64,000 bases of DNA from Bdellovibrionota bacterium (GTDB lineage: Bacteria > Bdellovibrionota_C > UBA2361 > CAKMMH01): NCBI GenBank assembly GCA_050952645.1, contig JBMNLI010000012.1:290835-354834 (forward strand), read 5' to 3'. Each line of letters begins with the position of its first letter. The stretch's first letter is position 1. This document shows, one piece after another, positions 1-10,447 of the stretch. The notes beneath the pieces are model-generated. The model was not told the DNA's origin. It was given only the letters and a program-made list of their open reading frames with translations, and did no database searches. Both the position numbers and the translations under genes were made by a program.

Positions 1-615
1 TCGTTTATTTTCTTTACGCCATACTTGCTTTTTGCTAAGGAGAAAGAAGCGAAAACTTGGCAGAAAAATGCTAAAGGTTTTTTTAATGAAGAGTTTGTAG
101 TTAAGAAAAAAGAAAAAAAAGAGATTAAAAAAAAGTTCAACGCAGGCACTGGGTTTACGGAGTTTGAAGAGGTCACTCCTACTCTAGAAGTTCTTAAAGG
201 TGCTCCCCATCAAGAAAAAGAACCTTTTGCAGAAAATGAAAAGGAAGAAAGAGAGGTTTATTACATTAAAGCGTTTATAAATGCAGATGATTACAAGCAT
301 TATAAAGATGAAAAAGAAAAGGCAAAAGATTTTTGTCTTAGAAATAATATTCATCTTATGAATTTATATGCTATTTGTAATAAGTGTGATAAAGAGAAAG
401 TTTTTAAAGATTTTGATTGGCTACATTCTTTTATTTTAGGAAGTGTTTTTAGAATTATAAAAACACTTCCTAGTAATTATATTAGTATTGAGAAATCACC
501 AGCTTATGCCGTTGGGTTAAAAAATGGTGAAATAATACTAGAAGGGAATGATTTATTAGAAAAGTATATAAGGAAATCCTTTTATATAGGAGAGTTAGAA
601 GCTAAAAAACTATAA
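1..615 (+). CDS. 5'-partial exported protein, diverged F-type TrbC-like pilus assembly protein
   Basis: Frame open from base 1 with a hydrophobic stretch (SFIFFTPYLLFA). C-terminal PSNYISIEKSPAYAVGLKNGEIILEGN resembles the P..F..y.I..VPA.vv...I.GN pattern of F-type TrbC. Neighbours are TraW/TraU-like. Confidence 0.45.
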   Translation, partial: SFIFFTPYLLFAKEKEAKTWQKNAKGFFNEEFVVKKKEKKEIKKKFNAGTGFTEFEEVTPTLEVLKGAPHQEKEPFAENEKEEREVYYIKAFINADDYKHYKDEKEKAKDFCLRNNIHLMNLYAICNKCDKEKVFKDFDWLHSFILGSVFRIIKTLPSNYISIEKSPAYAVGLKNGEIILEGNDLLEKYIRKSFYIGELEAKKL

Positions 616-688
616 ATGTTTATATAACAATATGCGTAACTTTTTTTAAAAGATGAGAATTTTTTAAAGACTAGAAGCAAGATAATAG

Positions 689-1564
689 ATGAGAGAGCTA
701 CTTATAATGAAAAAAATTTTTACCTTACAATTTTTTACTTTATTACTCGCATTACTTATAGCTCAAATGCTTATTTTTGCAAACGGTGCGATGTGTGAAA
801 CTAAAAAAACGCAAATAAAAATAGATAGAAAAAAAATTCAGCGTGAGGTTTTAGAAAATTCTTATAATGAGATTATTGAAGATTATAAAAATAGCTATAA
901 TGGACGGAAATTAGAAAAAAAATGGGAAAAAGCGTTATACGAAACGTTAAAAAATGGGAATAATTATGCAAAAAACTTTAACATGAAGCAAAATGTGCTA
1001 TTTCATATTCGTTCAAAAGAGAAAAATTTAGATATGTCTTATACTAACAAGGACTACGTAGCAAAGGCAGATAATAAGGAGCAAAACACTACATTATCAA
1101 GGCAAGAGCTTGAAGAAAGTAGTAAAGAAATGGAAAAATCTATAGAAAAACATTATACCCCAAAACGTATAGAAAATTGCAAAAAAAGTTTTACAGAAAC
1201 TGAAGCAAATGCACTTAGGGACAGATATGCTTTGCGAGAAGAAAACGAAGTAGTCTTTGATGAGCTTTTACTTTCAAAAGATGTATTAAAATATATAAAA
1301 AAAGATAAGCTAATCGAAAAAGATTTTTTTGGTGATAAAAATAAGATTAAATTTTATTCTAATGAGCCATTTGATTTTGTTTCTCTAAAATTAAAAGATT
1401 TTGAAGTAAAATGTCTTCCATTAAGAGTAATAGTAACTAAAAACACTATCACTAGGCATTACGGAGTAAATGCTTTAAAAAATTATGATTTTAAAAAAGA
1501 AGATGGCGAGCTTCATTATCAAGTAAAAAAGAATTTAAAGAAATTACTTTTAGACTTAGATTAG
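689..1564 (+). CDS. Exported protein, diverged TraW/TrbC-like
   Basis: N-terminal signal-like segment. C-terminal DFEVKCLPLRVIV resembles the F.I..VPa.V motif of TraW/TrbC. Confidence 0.4.
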   Translation: MRELLIMKKIFTLQFFTLLLALLIAQMLIFANGAMCETKKTQIKIDRKKIQREVLENSYNEIIEDYKNSYNGRKLEKKWEKALYETLKNGNNYAKNFNMKQNVLFHIRSKEKNLDMSYTNKDYVAKADNKEQNTTLSRQELEESSKEMEKSIEKHYTPKRIENCKKSFTETEANALRDRYALREENEVVFDELLLSKDVLKYIKKDKLIEKDFFGDKNKIKFYSNEPFDFVSLKLKDFEVKCLPLRVIVTKNTITRHYGVNALKNYDFKKEDGELHYQVKKNLKKLLLDLD

Positions 1565-1615
1565 GTTTAAAAGCTTAAAATTAGCCTTTAAGATAATTAT
1601 TAAGATAATTAGAGT

Positions 1616-4600
1616 TTGAAAAAATTAAGTTTGAAAAAAAACGTTAACAAAGGTTATATTATGAAAAATTACTTTATAAATAAAAATTATAAATTAAGAG
1701 TAGTAGTAACTATATTTTTTATATTTTTCTTTATAGCATCTCCTTTATACGCAGAGTTTGATGATTTTAGTGATGCAGTGCCTAAAGGTGCAAGTGTAGA
1801 AAATTTAAATAAATACAATACTAATACTAATATTAATACTACTACTAATACTGCTACTACGAATATTAATGCTAATACAAACGTTAATAAGCCTACAAAT
1901 TCTAATGTAAACGATGCTTCAAATACCTTTTCTAACACTAATAAACCTACTAGTGATACTACTAATACTTTAAACCAATCGGGTGCTAACAAGCCTACTA
2001 CTACTACTAATAATAATAATAATAATAATAAGCCATCTCGTAAAATAACTAGACAAGAAGCGATAGCCGAGATAAATAGTCAACTTAACAATGTAAAGCA
2101 AGCTACAATGCTACTAAATGTAATAGGAATAAATAATTATGGAAATTTTATAAATCATATAGGCGGAGTGCAAAACATACTTTCAACCATAAATTCTTTT
2201 GGTGGAGTTAATAGTTTTGCTTCCGTTGTAAATAGTCTTCAAGGATTTAAAAACTTTCAATCTTTAATAAACCAAGTAAATGGAATAAGCAACCTTGCGC
2301 AATTTATAAACGGCCCAAATATTGGTGGCGTTAGAAATTTTATATCTCTTATAAGGTCGCTAGGAGGAGGCGGAAATTTGCAATCACTTCTAGGAGATAT
2401 TGGAGGGCTTGGAAGCTTAAATTCGCTTATAGGAAATCTCGGGGGTATTGGAAGCTTTCAATCGATACTTAGTGCTTTAGGTGGCTTTGGAAATTTTTCT
2501 TCGCTAATAAGTGGTATAGGCTTTGGAAATTTAGCTAACTTTATAAGTGGCATTGGTGGTATTGAAAACCTTGCAAATTTTGCAGGGATAGTAACATCGC
2601 TATTCGGGGGATTTGGTAGTAATCTTTTTCAAAGTTTTTTAGCAAACTTAAATTTACTTGGAAGTTTAGGAAATATCCCTAGTATTTCAAGTATATTGTC
2701 GCAATTTGGTTTTGCTAATCTTTTAGATTTTATGAACTGGGCTGAAAGATATCTAAGATTTTTCGGTATATCTTTAGGTTCTATAGCAAGTGATTGTGAA
2801 AATTCAAATAGCGTCTTGACTTGTGCGAGCCAAGCGATGGTCAACGGAACTATGAACCTATTTGGAGCTGCTGGAGGAGAATATACTTGTAATGGTGGAG
2901 TTTGTAGCCGAAATAATACTATGAAGCAAGCTAGTAAATGCCAAGGTGGCTACTGCCCTACTACGCAAAACTTTGATAATTTTGATAAGAATTTAAAATT
3001 TTTTCCTAAGGAGATTAGGCTAGACCCTAATTTGAAAAAAAAAACTAAATTAACTAAAAGTAATGATATAGCGATTAATCAAAAAGATAATAAACGTGAT
3101 GAAATTATGCAAGACATAGCTAGTCAGTTGCGTGGTTCTGAAAGGGAAGAAACTTTTAAAGCGGTAAAAGAGCAAATAGATAAATATGTAGATACATCTG
3201 CTAAAGAAACTAGTTCAAAAGATAGAAAATTACCATTTGCTATAGGAAATGAAAAAGCATCTGAAATGCGAAGCAAAGAAGAAGCAATCGCTTTAGCTGG
3301 TGATTTTAAAATGTGCAATAAAAAAATTGCAAGCGACAGATTAGATATAAATATGCTAACGGCTCCGCAGCTTAATTATAAAGAGAATGTTTCTTGTAAA
3401 GACGGCACAGGAATATATCTTTCCTCAGCAAAAAACGTATCTAAAGGCAGTTATTTTGAACACCGTGCTTATAATCGATTGCAAGGGAGACTCTCAGATT
3501 TTATTGGCGACCCAGAAGGAATATTAACTGGTTGTTATGAAATACATAAGGTAAAACCTCAGTATTATAATATATTAAGACCCGTTGGAAGATGTAGAAT
3601 GACATTTAACCTAAAAGGCACTAAAATAGGTGTTCCTTCAAAGTTTAAAGAGCAAATTTGGCTACCTTTTGTTGGTTGTGCCTTAGGTTGCAAAAAATGG
3701 ACTATAATCTCTGAAAAAGTAGAATACTACTACCCTACTCATAAGATAACTTTAAGCCAGGACCCATTATATAGTAGATATTTAGAAAAGAACACGGCAG
3801 AGAAGATGCTTGCAAAATATAAAAATGCTGTAAAAACGGAGCTAGAAACGGCTACATCTAGCAAAGAGCTATCTCAAACGCTTTTAGAAAGCGTATCAAA
3901 GTCTGAAAAAAGAGGCTCAGAGGCGAAATTTAAGGGAAAGAGTGATATGGAGATACAAGCGACTAAGGGCGTGCCAGAAACTGCATTTTTAGGGCAAATT
4001 CAGCACGGTTATATGAGAATTTTTCCATTCGATGCTGCCGAAGAAAAAATGGCAAATAATGTGTGGAGAAATTCCTACATTGCTTCCTCTAAACAAGCAC
4101 TTCCGCATGTTTCGGCAAATAAATCTTATTGGGGAACTGATTTTAGTGGAGAAAGCGATAAATTTTTTACTCCAAACCATACGAGTAAAGATAAAGAAAA
4201 TTTACAGTTCTACTTAAATTATGCTGGAAATGAAAAACAACAAATATTACGAAATAAGCATTTAGAGCATATAAATATTCCTTGGAATACAGTTAGAAGA
4301 GATGGACTTACAGGGGGGTCTTATATATATGTAACCGACCAAAAAACCGACCCAATATTACATGAAAAAGGAGCTCTTCCAGATGAAGAACTTAATCAAT
4401 TAAATCAGCATAACACTCCTATCAGAAACAAGAATGCGTTTGGAGTTGGAAATATATCATCTTTAAATAATCTTACTCCGACGGGTAATAGCGATTATAT
4501 AACACAAACGCTAATTCGTGGCTTTAATATGTTTTTAGCGGAGAAAAGCCCAATAAAAACTTTAACTTTTGAGCACGAAGATAAGGCAAAGCCTTTATTA

Positions 4601-5233
4601 GGAACTGGTATGGGCGAGGTTGGGTTTTGCAAACCACTTGTAGGAACTGATGATCCTCAAATGTTGCCTTATAAATATCTAAATCATGCAGTTGTAAAAA
4701 CTATTGTAGGCGATACTTTTTACCAAACGACGCTTGCTCCTATAACGAAAAGAAATCCAATGATACGTGGCGAAAGGCAAACATTTAAGCTTAAGTATGA
4801 TTTATTACATGCTCCAGTTTTAGAAGAGGATAATGGAGAAAAATATCCAAAATCTTTTAATGAAGATTTCAATAAGGATGTTCAGAATATACTTAATAAA
4901 AAGCTAAAGAAAGACGAGTTGAATGTAGATGAAATAAAGGGAGACACTTGTTATGCGTTATTTGAAGCGACTAATAATAATTTAGATTTTAATATGGTCA
5001 ACACTCTTACTAATAAATATAAAAATGTCTCAACACTTGCTAACAAAGGTGAAATAAGTTTTACATTATATACTTTATTTTCAGGGACTATCGCTTTCCC
5101 AGGAATGACGTGCCACACTTGGTATCACGGAGTTGGCGTTACGCCTAGGCCACAAGCGGGACATTGTTATGATATGTTTGGTGGCTCAAAGGCTACTCCT
5201 AAAATTAGAAACGATGAGTTTCGTTTATTTTAA
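1616..5233 (+). CDS. Large exported Cys-containing protein with Asn/Thr linker, 13-aa Gly-rich repeats and TraU-like C-terminal half
   Basis: Signal peptide from ATG 1661 (MKNYF...SPLYA). GCALGCKKWTIISEKVEYYYPTHKITLSQDP resembles the TraU v.yweP...ve.v..P motif. Several Cys pairs. Confidence 0.5.
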   Translation: MKKLSLKKNVNKGYIMKNYFINKNYKLRVVVTIFFIFFFIASPLYAEFDDFSDAVPKGASVENLNKYNTNTNINTTTNTATTNINANTNVNKPTNSNVNDASNTFSNTNKPTSDTTNTLNQSGANKPTTTTNNNNNNNKPSRKITRQEAIAEINSQLNNVKQATMLLNVIGINNYGNFINHIGGVQNILSTINSFGGVNSFASVVNSLQGFKNFQSLINQVNGISNLAQFINGPNIGGVRNFISLIRSLGGGGNLQSLLGDIGGLGSLNSLIGNLGGIGSFQSILSALGGFGNFSSLISGIGFGNLANFISGIGGIENLANFAGIVTSLFGGFGSNLFQSFLANLNLLGSLGNIPSISSILSQFGFANLLDFMNWAERYLRFFGISLGSIASDCENSNSVLTCASQAMVNGTMNLFGAAGGEYTCNGGVCSRNNTMKQASKCQGGYCPTTQNFDNFDKNLKFFPKEIRLDPNLKKKTKLTKSNDIAINQKDNKRDEIMQDIASQLRGSEREETFKAVKEQIDKYVDTSAKETSSKDRKLPFAIGNEKASEMRSKEEAIALAGDFKMCNKKIASDRLDINMLTAPQLNYKENVSCKDGTGIYLSSAKNVSKGSYFEHRAYNRLQGRLSDFIGDPEGILTGCYEIHKVKPQYYNILRPVGRCRMTFNLKGTKIGVPSKFKEQIWLPFVGCALGCKKWTIISEKVEYYYPTHKITLSQDPLYSRYLEKNTAEKMLAKYKNAVKTELETATSSKELSQTLLESVSKSEKRGSEAKFKGKSDMEIQATKGVPETAFLGQIQHGYMRIFPFDAAEEKMANNVWRNSYIASSKQALPHVSANKSYWGTDFSGESDKFFTPNHTSKDKENLQFYLNYAGNEKQQILRNKHLEHINIPWNTVRRDGLTGGSYIYVTDQKTDPILHEKGALPDEELNQLNQHNTPIRNKNAFGVGNISSLNNLTPTGNSDYITQTLIRGFNMFLAEKSPIKTLTFEHEDKAKPLLGTGMGEVGFCKPLVGTDDPQMLPYKYLNHAVVKTIVGDTFYQTTLAPITKRNPMIRGERQTFKLKYDLLHAPVLEEDNGEKYPKSFNEDFNKDVQNILNKKLKKDELNVDEIKGDTCYALFEATNNNLDFNMVNTLTNKYKNVSTLANKGEISFTLYTLFSGTIAFPGMTCHTWYHGVGVTPRPQAGHCYDMFGGSKATPKIRNDEFRLF
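2125..2600 (+). repeat. About 12 copies of a 13-aa amphipathic repeat (GG..NF.SLI..L)
   Basis: Translation IGGVQNILSTINS FGGVNSFASVVNS LQGFKNFQSLINQ ... IGGLGSLNSLIGN LGGIGSFQSILSA LGGFGNFSSLISG. Boundaries approximate. Confidence 0.85.
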
Positions 5234-5271
5234 AGCTTTTTTTTTTAGATGTTTTAACTATAAAAGAAACT

Positions 5272-5362
5272 AATTCTTCACGTTTTAAGGTGATTTTAAG
5301 CTCTTAAAGTTAGCAAAAGTTAGCATAGTCTAGTCTTAGGAAGCCTTAAAACGTGAAGAACT
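5272..5362. mobile_element. MITE family copy 1 (short)
   Basis: Perfect 17-bp inverted repeat ttcttcacgttttaagg (5274-5290) / ccttaaaacgtgaagaa (5344-5360), same ends as the other copies. Confidence 0.85.
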
Positions 5363-6110
5363 AAAAAAAAACTTAAGAAAAAGACAAACTTACCTTAAAG
5401 CCTAAACTTTCTCTATATTTACGTATACTATGTTTTTTAAGAGCTTAAAACTTTAGCTTTGAGGCTAGTGTTTATCTTTCTTTAAGTGAATACGTATTTA
5501 CGTCCGTTATTTTAATAATTTATGCGAGTGTTTCGTAACTTTTTTAAATTATTTTGAGTAGGTTCCCTAAATTCTCATTAAATTTTATACGTAAGACTAG
5601 GGAAAATTTGGGTTTTAAGCTTAAAATCTTTTAAAACATGCAAAACCCGTTTTTTTTAGAAGCATTTAGCCTACTAATAAAGATTATATATATAGGAAAT
5701 TAAAGGTTTTTTATGTTTTTTTTATGGTAGGAGTAGTAAATATGATTTTATTTAATAATTCTAATTTAGCAACTAAACTCGATGAAAGCGTTAATTTTAG
5801 TAATTTGGCTACTGAAACGAGTGAGTGTGCTACCGATAAAGCAGAATTTGATAAATTGTTAAAAGCATATCTTGATGGTATAAAAGTTTATACTGTAAAG
5901 CAAAGTTAAGAGTAAGAACAAGAGTAAGAATAAGAAGTTTATCATATTTTAAAATATTTGTTTTAATTAGGTTTAAATTATAATTTTTTTTACATATTAT
6001 ACTAAATTCTTTTTGTTTTAATAACAATAATATGGTAGTATGATATTACTTTTAGGAGTAGCAATATTAGTTTAAAAACAGCGTTATTTTGTTTAATATT
6101 TAAAAAGGAT

Positions 6111-8255
6111 ATGAAAGATATGGGAGGATATAATATTTTTAGTGGAAATAACTCACCTGAAACAAAAGAAAGAACAAAAGCAAGAGGTGAAGTAACAAAG
6201 GGTAATAAGAGAGAAGAACCGCTAAAAAATTTTTCCTTTAATAAAGGTAAAGATGGTGAAACTATAGAATTTAACCCTACCGATTTTAAGAAAGTTCAAC
6301 AAAGAGAAGATAATACTCAGAGAACCTTAGATTTAAACTCCCCTCACGATCCAAATGGAGCAAATACACCAGATCCAAATTCCTCTCCTGACCCCAACAA
6401 CAGTACTAATCCTCAGATAAAATATGATATGTATGAGGGAAAATTTAATATGAGAGGGTTGCGTGAAGAATTTAAAGAAGCAGTAGCGAAATATAATCGT
6501 ATATCAGATAGTGATATTGCTGATAAGAAAGAAGCTAGGCGAAAAATGGATAAAGCTGGGAAGCTTTATGATGCTGAGTTAGAAAAATCATTAGGGTCAG
6601 AAGGCAGACGTGGAATGAGCAATCGGGACATATTTGAAAGCTTAAATGAAGAACAAAGAGCGGCATTAGATTATGGAACAATAGTACTCATTATAGATAG
6701 TAATTTAGAAGATAGTAAAATAAATTTAACTGAAAAAAAACCTACTAGAGCTTCAAATGTACCTGCAAAATATAAAGACCGTCTGCTTATTATAACTGGT
6801 TCTACAGGGAATATAGAAGTTAAAAAAGCTAAAATAGATCAAGGCGCAAGCTTGGGAGTTGTTTATCTAAACAAAACCAATGGTAATGATAAGAATAATA
6901 GTATCGAAATAGTAATAAGAAGTGGGCAGTTTATTCACGCCGTAATGGTAAATGAAGGTGGTGTAAAATTTTGCTTTAATGGGACTCCTGAAGACACAAG
7001 CAAAAATCAGCCAGCTAACATAATAGTTCTTGATCACTCAATACTAAGGGGAGTTAAAAAAGCAACATCTTGTTGTGCAATAGGAACTACATTTGATGGT
7101 AGCGCATTAGGTGAGGGATTCGTTGGTTTAGCTAGAGCATATAATAATCGAATCCCAATAATAGGAAGAGCTATGCAAGCGTATTATACGTTAACTGGAA
7201 ATGAAAAAAAGAGTATTAAATTACAAGTATATGGATTATTAGGCAACACAATATGGGATAAAACAACTGCAATTTGGCCTGAAGGTCAAACGATATTTGA
7301 GGAATTTACAAAAAGATTTCAAAAAGGTAAATATAATAAACGTTTTATAAGTCCATCGACTAAAGAAAATTATGAAGATTTAATTCGAGAACTATTAAAA
7401 GAGCTTCCTGAAGATAAAAAAACGATTAAAGGTTTAATGGAAGCTGTTCAAGAAAATGAAGATTTAAGTGATGATGAAAAAAGTTTTTTAATCCAAGCAT
7501 TAAAAACAGTAGATACTGATATAAAAGAATATTATGCCAAAATGTGTCGTAAACTTTTAAAATATTGTTCTTGGCCAATGATTTTTAAAAAACCTCCGCA
7601 ACCATTAGATTTAACAGATGGGCTAGAAAGGCTTCAAAAAGATCCTTGCGTAGATATGAAAAAATTAAATGTAGAAGATCTTGCAGATTATGGAATTAAT
7701 GAGAGAAAATTCCTAAATAATGTCGACAAGGGACACGAGCATATTTATTTAATAGTTGATGAAGATACTGGAAGAAGATTCGTAACGGTAGGACGACTTG
7801 ATGGAAAATTAAATGTAGCAAACATAGTTGACCAAAGAGATCCAAAAAATGGACGTTTCGCTACATTCCCAGAACTTTACTCAGACGACATTCGAGTATT
7901 TCAATTATTAAGAAAAATCACCACAACCCCTGAAGAGTTTGAAACTAGGAGAAAAGAATTAAAAATTAGCGATGATGATTTGAAGGAAGTTTTCAAATTT
8001 TTCAATCTTAATGAAAATAATCCTTGGGAAACTGATGGCAGAAGCTATATGGAAAATTATCAAATCTTTCAAGACAGACTTATCACTTGGTTTAATAGTA
8101 GGTCGGAGAGATATGGTAATCATGAAGACTTAGTCCAATATAAGAATCCTAAGATCACTAAGGAGGTAGAAGTTGGAGGGTTTGTAAGTGAAATTAAAGA
8201 AAACAGACAGAACACGGATGCTTTAGAAGGGTTTCTTATAAAGCTCCCTGACTAA
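6111..8255 (+). CDS. Hypothetical protein, 714 aa
   Basis: Long ORF with AAGGA RBS and a short PDPN repeat; no family recognised. Confidence 0.8.
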   Translation: MKDMGGYNIFSGNNSPETKERTKARGEVTKGNKREEPLKNFSFNKGKDGETIEFNPTDFKKVQQREDNTQRTLDLNSPHDPNGANTPDPNSSPDPNNSTNPQIKYDMYEGKFNMRGLREEFKEAVAKYNRISDSDIADKKEARRKMDKAGKLYDAELEKSLGSEGRRGMSNRDIFESLNEEQRAALDYGTIVLIIDSNLEDSKINLTEKKPTRASNVPAKYKDRLLIITGSTGNIEVKKAKIDQGASLGVVYLNKTNGNDKNNSIEIVIRSGQFIHAVMVNEGGVKFCFNGTPEDTSKNQPANIIVLDHSILRGVKKATSCCAIGTTFDGSALGEGFVGLARAYNNRIPIIGRAMQAYYTLTGNEKKSIKLQVYGLLGNTIWDKTTAIWPEGQTIFEEFTKRFQKGKYNKRFISPSTKENYEDLIRELLKELPEDKKTIKGLMEAVQENEDLSDDEKSFLIQALKTVDTDIKEYYAKMCRKLLKYCSWPMIFKKPPQPLDLTDGLERLQKDPCVDMKKLNVEDLADYGINERKFLNNVDKGHEHIYLIVDEDTGRRFVTVGRLDGKLNVANIVDQRDPKNGRFATFPELYSDDIRVFQLLRKITTTPEEFETRRKELKISDDDLKEVFKFFNLNENNPWETDGRSYMENYQIFQDRLITWFNSRSERYGNHEDLVQYKNPKITKEVEVGGFVSEIKENRQNTDALEGFLIKLPD

Positions 8256-8333
8256 AATATAATATCAATATTTTATCAGAACAATCAGCTTTATTAAAAA
8301 TTGCCTAAGCGTGTGAAAAATTTTTTTAAAGCC

Positions 8334-9230
8334 TTACTTAGCATTCAACCTAACCACATTCTCCATAAGCGTTGCTATAGTCATAGGGCCTACGCCGTTT
8401 GGAACGGGGCTTATAAATACGTCTTTATTTTTAAAGCTTTCAAAGTCGATATCCCCTACTACTTTATTGTCGCTCGCTCTGTTTATTCCGACATCTATTA
8501 AAATAGCACCATCTTTTACATTGTCCGAGTTTATCAATTTTTCTTTGCCAACCGCTGAAACTATAATATCTTTATCCTTTACTTGCAAAGCTAAGTCCTT
8601 AGTTCTTGAATGCGAAATAGTAACCGTTGCATTTTGCCTTAAAAGCATAAACGAAAGAGGAAGCCCTACAAGCATAGAACGCCCAATAACTAGCGCATTT
8701 TTACCCGATAAATCTATCTTTTCAAAACTTTCTAACCCATCATGGCTATTGCCATTAAGTGAAAGACTTATTAACTCCATAACCGCCTTTGGCGTGCAAG
8801 GATATACGCTCGGCTTGCCATTAAATAATTTGCTAGTATTAATCGGAGTTAAACAATCCACATCCTTATTAGGCGAAATTAAAGATAGAAAATAGTTTTT
8901 ATCAAAACCATTAGGAAGCGGAAGCTGAAGCAATATCCCCGTAATATTAGTATCTAAATTTAATTTAAATATAACCTCTTCTAACTCTTTCTTAGAAATA
9001 TCCTTGTCTAAAAAAATCGTCTCCGTTTCTATAAAACATTCCTTTGCTTTTTTCTCCTTGTTTGAAACGTAAATTTTAGACGCCTCATCGTCCCCAACTA
9101 ATATAACAGCAAGCTTTGGAAGCTTTTCCCCATTAGCTATAAGCTTAGAAACCTTGCTCTTAACCGCTTCAAATTTTTTTTTAGCAAAATATGCACCATC
9201 TAAAATAATAGGAGTTCCCATAAAAATCAC
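8334..9230 (-). CDS. folD: Bifunctional methylenetetrahydrofolate dehydrogenase/cyclohydrolase
   Basis: YVSNK, GILLQLPLP, KDVD, PCTP, GRSMLVG, DVGIN and PVPNGVGPMT motifs. Confidence 0.97.
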   Translation of the reverse strand: MIFMGTPIILDGAYFAKKKFEAVKSKVSKLIANGEKLPKLAVILVGDDEASKIYVSNKEKKAKECFIETETIFLDKDISKKELEEVIFKLNLDTNITGILLQLPLPNGFDKNYFLSLISPNKDVDCLTPINTSKLFNGKPSVYPCTPKAVMELISLSLNGNSHDGLESFEKIDLSGKNALVIGRSMLVGLPLSFMLLRQNATVTISHSRTKDLALQVKDKDIIVSAVGKEKLINSDNVKDGAILIDVGINRASDNKVVGDIDFESFKNKDVFISPVPNGVGPMTIATLMENVVRLNAK

Positions 9231-9273
9231 TCTCTCTTTCTTTAATCCTACTAAATCTTAAATTAAATTTTTC

Positions 9274-9495
9274 GGCTCTTCACCGTTTTAAGTGGATTAA
9301 AGACCTTAAAATTAGTATCACGCACCCCACAAAGCCTAAAAGAAAATTGACTTTAAAGAAATTTGCATAAAATAAATTACTTTAAATATAGTTGTAATTT
9401 TTCTTTAAACTATAGCTAGTTTTTTACAAAAGCCAATTTTCTTTTAAGCTAACCTAAAAAACAATTTTTCTAACCCACCCAAAACATGAAGAACC
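9274..9495. mobile_element. MITE family copy 2 (long form, intron-free)
   Basis: Ends ggctcttcaccgttttaagtgg / ccacccaaaacatgaagaacc. Flanks aatttttc (9266-9273) and aatttctc (9496-9503) match 7/8 as a TSD. Inner IR at 9338-9354 / 9429-9445. Confidence 0.9.
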
Positions 9496-9561
9496 AATTT
9501 CTCTTATATGCCTCAAAATATTTTTTTAAAAGCATCTTAACTTAAAACTGAGAAGCTCTCC

Positions 9562-10413
9562 TTACTTTAATCTTCCCTCTATAAAAGGAACCTTAAAAAC
9601 ATTTTCGTGAAACACAGGGCCATGCCCAAAAAGCCCGTTCTCTCCAAAAAGCTCGCCATGGTCAGAGGTAATTATTATATGGGTATTTCTTGGAATAATA
9701 TCGTAAAGCTTTTCCATAACCATATCTAAATACTCAACATTTTTTTCTTGCTTTTGCTTTAACTTTTCCATTCTATCCATAAAATAATATGCATTTGAAA
9801 TTTCTCCATCTGTAGCATTAGCTAAATTAGGCTCAAAATGCTCATCATCTAAATGTTTAAAAACTCCATTTTCACCATATAAAAGTTCATTATCTTTTAC
9901 AGTCTCTTTAGGGAGTGTAAACGGATAATGCGTTTCCCCAGTATTTAATAAATAAAATGATGGAATATCTTCATAAAAAGTAAGCTCATCTAACATCGCA
10001 TCAAAATTATTATACTCATCTACTAACTCATACCTATCAAAATGCTTATTTAAAATAGTAGTTTGATTTAATACAGGCATGGAAACTAGCGCATTAGTCC
10101 TATAACCTTGCTTTCTTAAATACGCAGGAAGCGAAAGCTCTGGAACGAAATTCTTAAATGAAACCCCATCGATATTTAATCTTTGCTCGTAATTTGCAAA
10201 ATCCTTTTTATAAACCTCAGATGCAAACACCCCTTTTCCATTCGTGTGCGGACTAGCCCCCATCATATATACTGCATGCGATGGGATAGTCCAAGATGCG
10301 TAAGCATACCTACATTCCTTTTCGCCTAGTCTATCTATATTAGGAGTTTTAGCATTATAAAACGTATCGAATCTACAACTATCAAATACTATAAACAATA
10401 AATTATTTTTCAT
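9562..10413 (-). CDS. Sulfatase-like / alkaline phosphatase superfamily protein
   Basis: FDSCRFD, WTIPSH, THYP and ITSDHGELFGE..HG motifs. Confidence 0.88.
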   Translation of the reverse strand: MKNNLLFIVFDSCRFDTFYNAKTPNIDRLGEKECRYAYASWTIPSHAVYMMGASPHTNGKGVFASEVYKKDFANYEQRLNIDGVSFKNFVPELSLPAYLRKQGYRTNALVSMPVLNQTTILNKHFDRYELVDEYNNFDAMLDELTFYEDIPSFYLLNTGETHYPFTLPKETVKDNELLYGENGVFKHLDDEHFEPNLANATDGEISNAYYFMDRMEKLKQKQEKNVEYLDMVMEKLYDIIPRNTHIIITSDHGELFGENGLFGHGPVFHENVFKVPFIEGRLK

Positions 10414-10447
10414 ATCACTAATAAATTAAAAATACATAAAGAATAAA

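Noticed and set aside
5724..6027. Two short opposing ORFs
   Set aside because: No recognisable motifs; 5724-5909 could be real but is unsupported.
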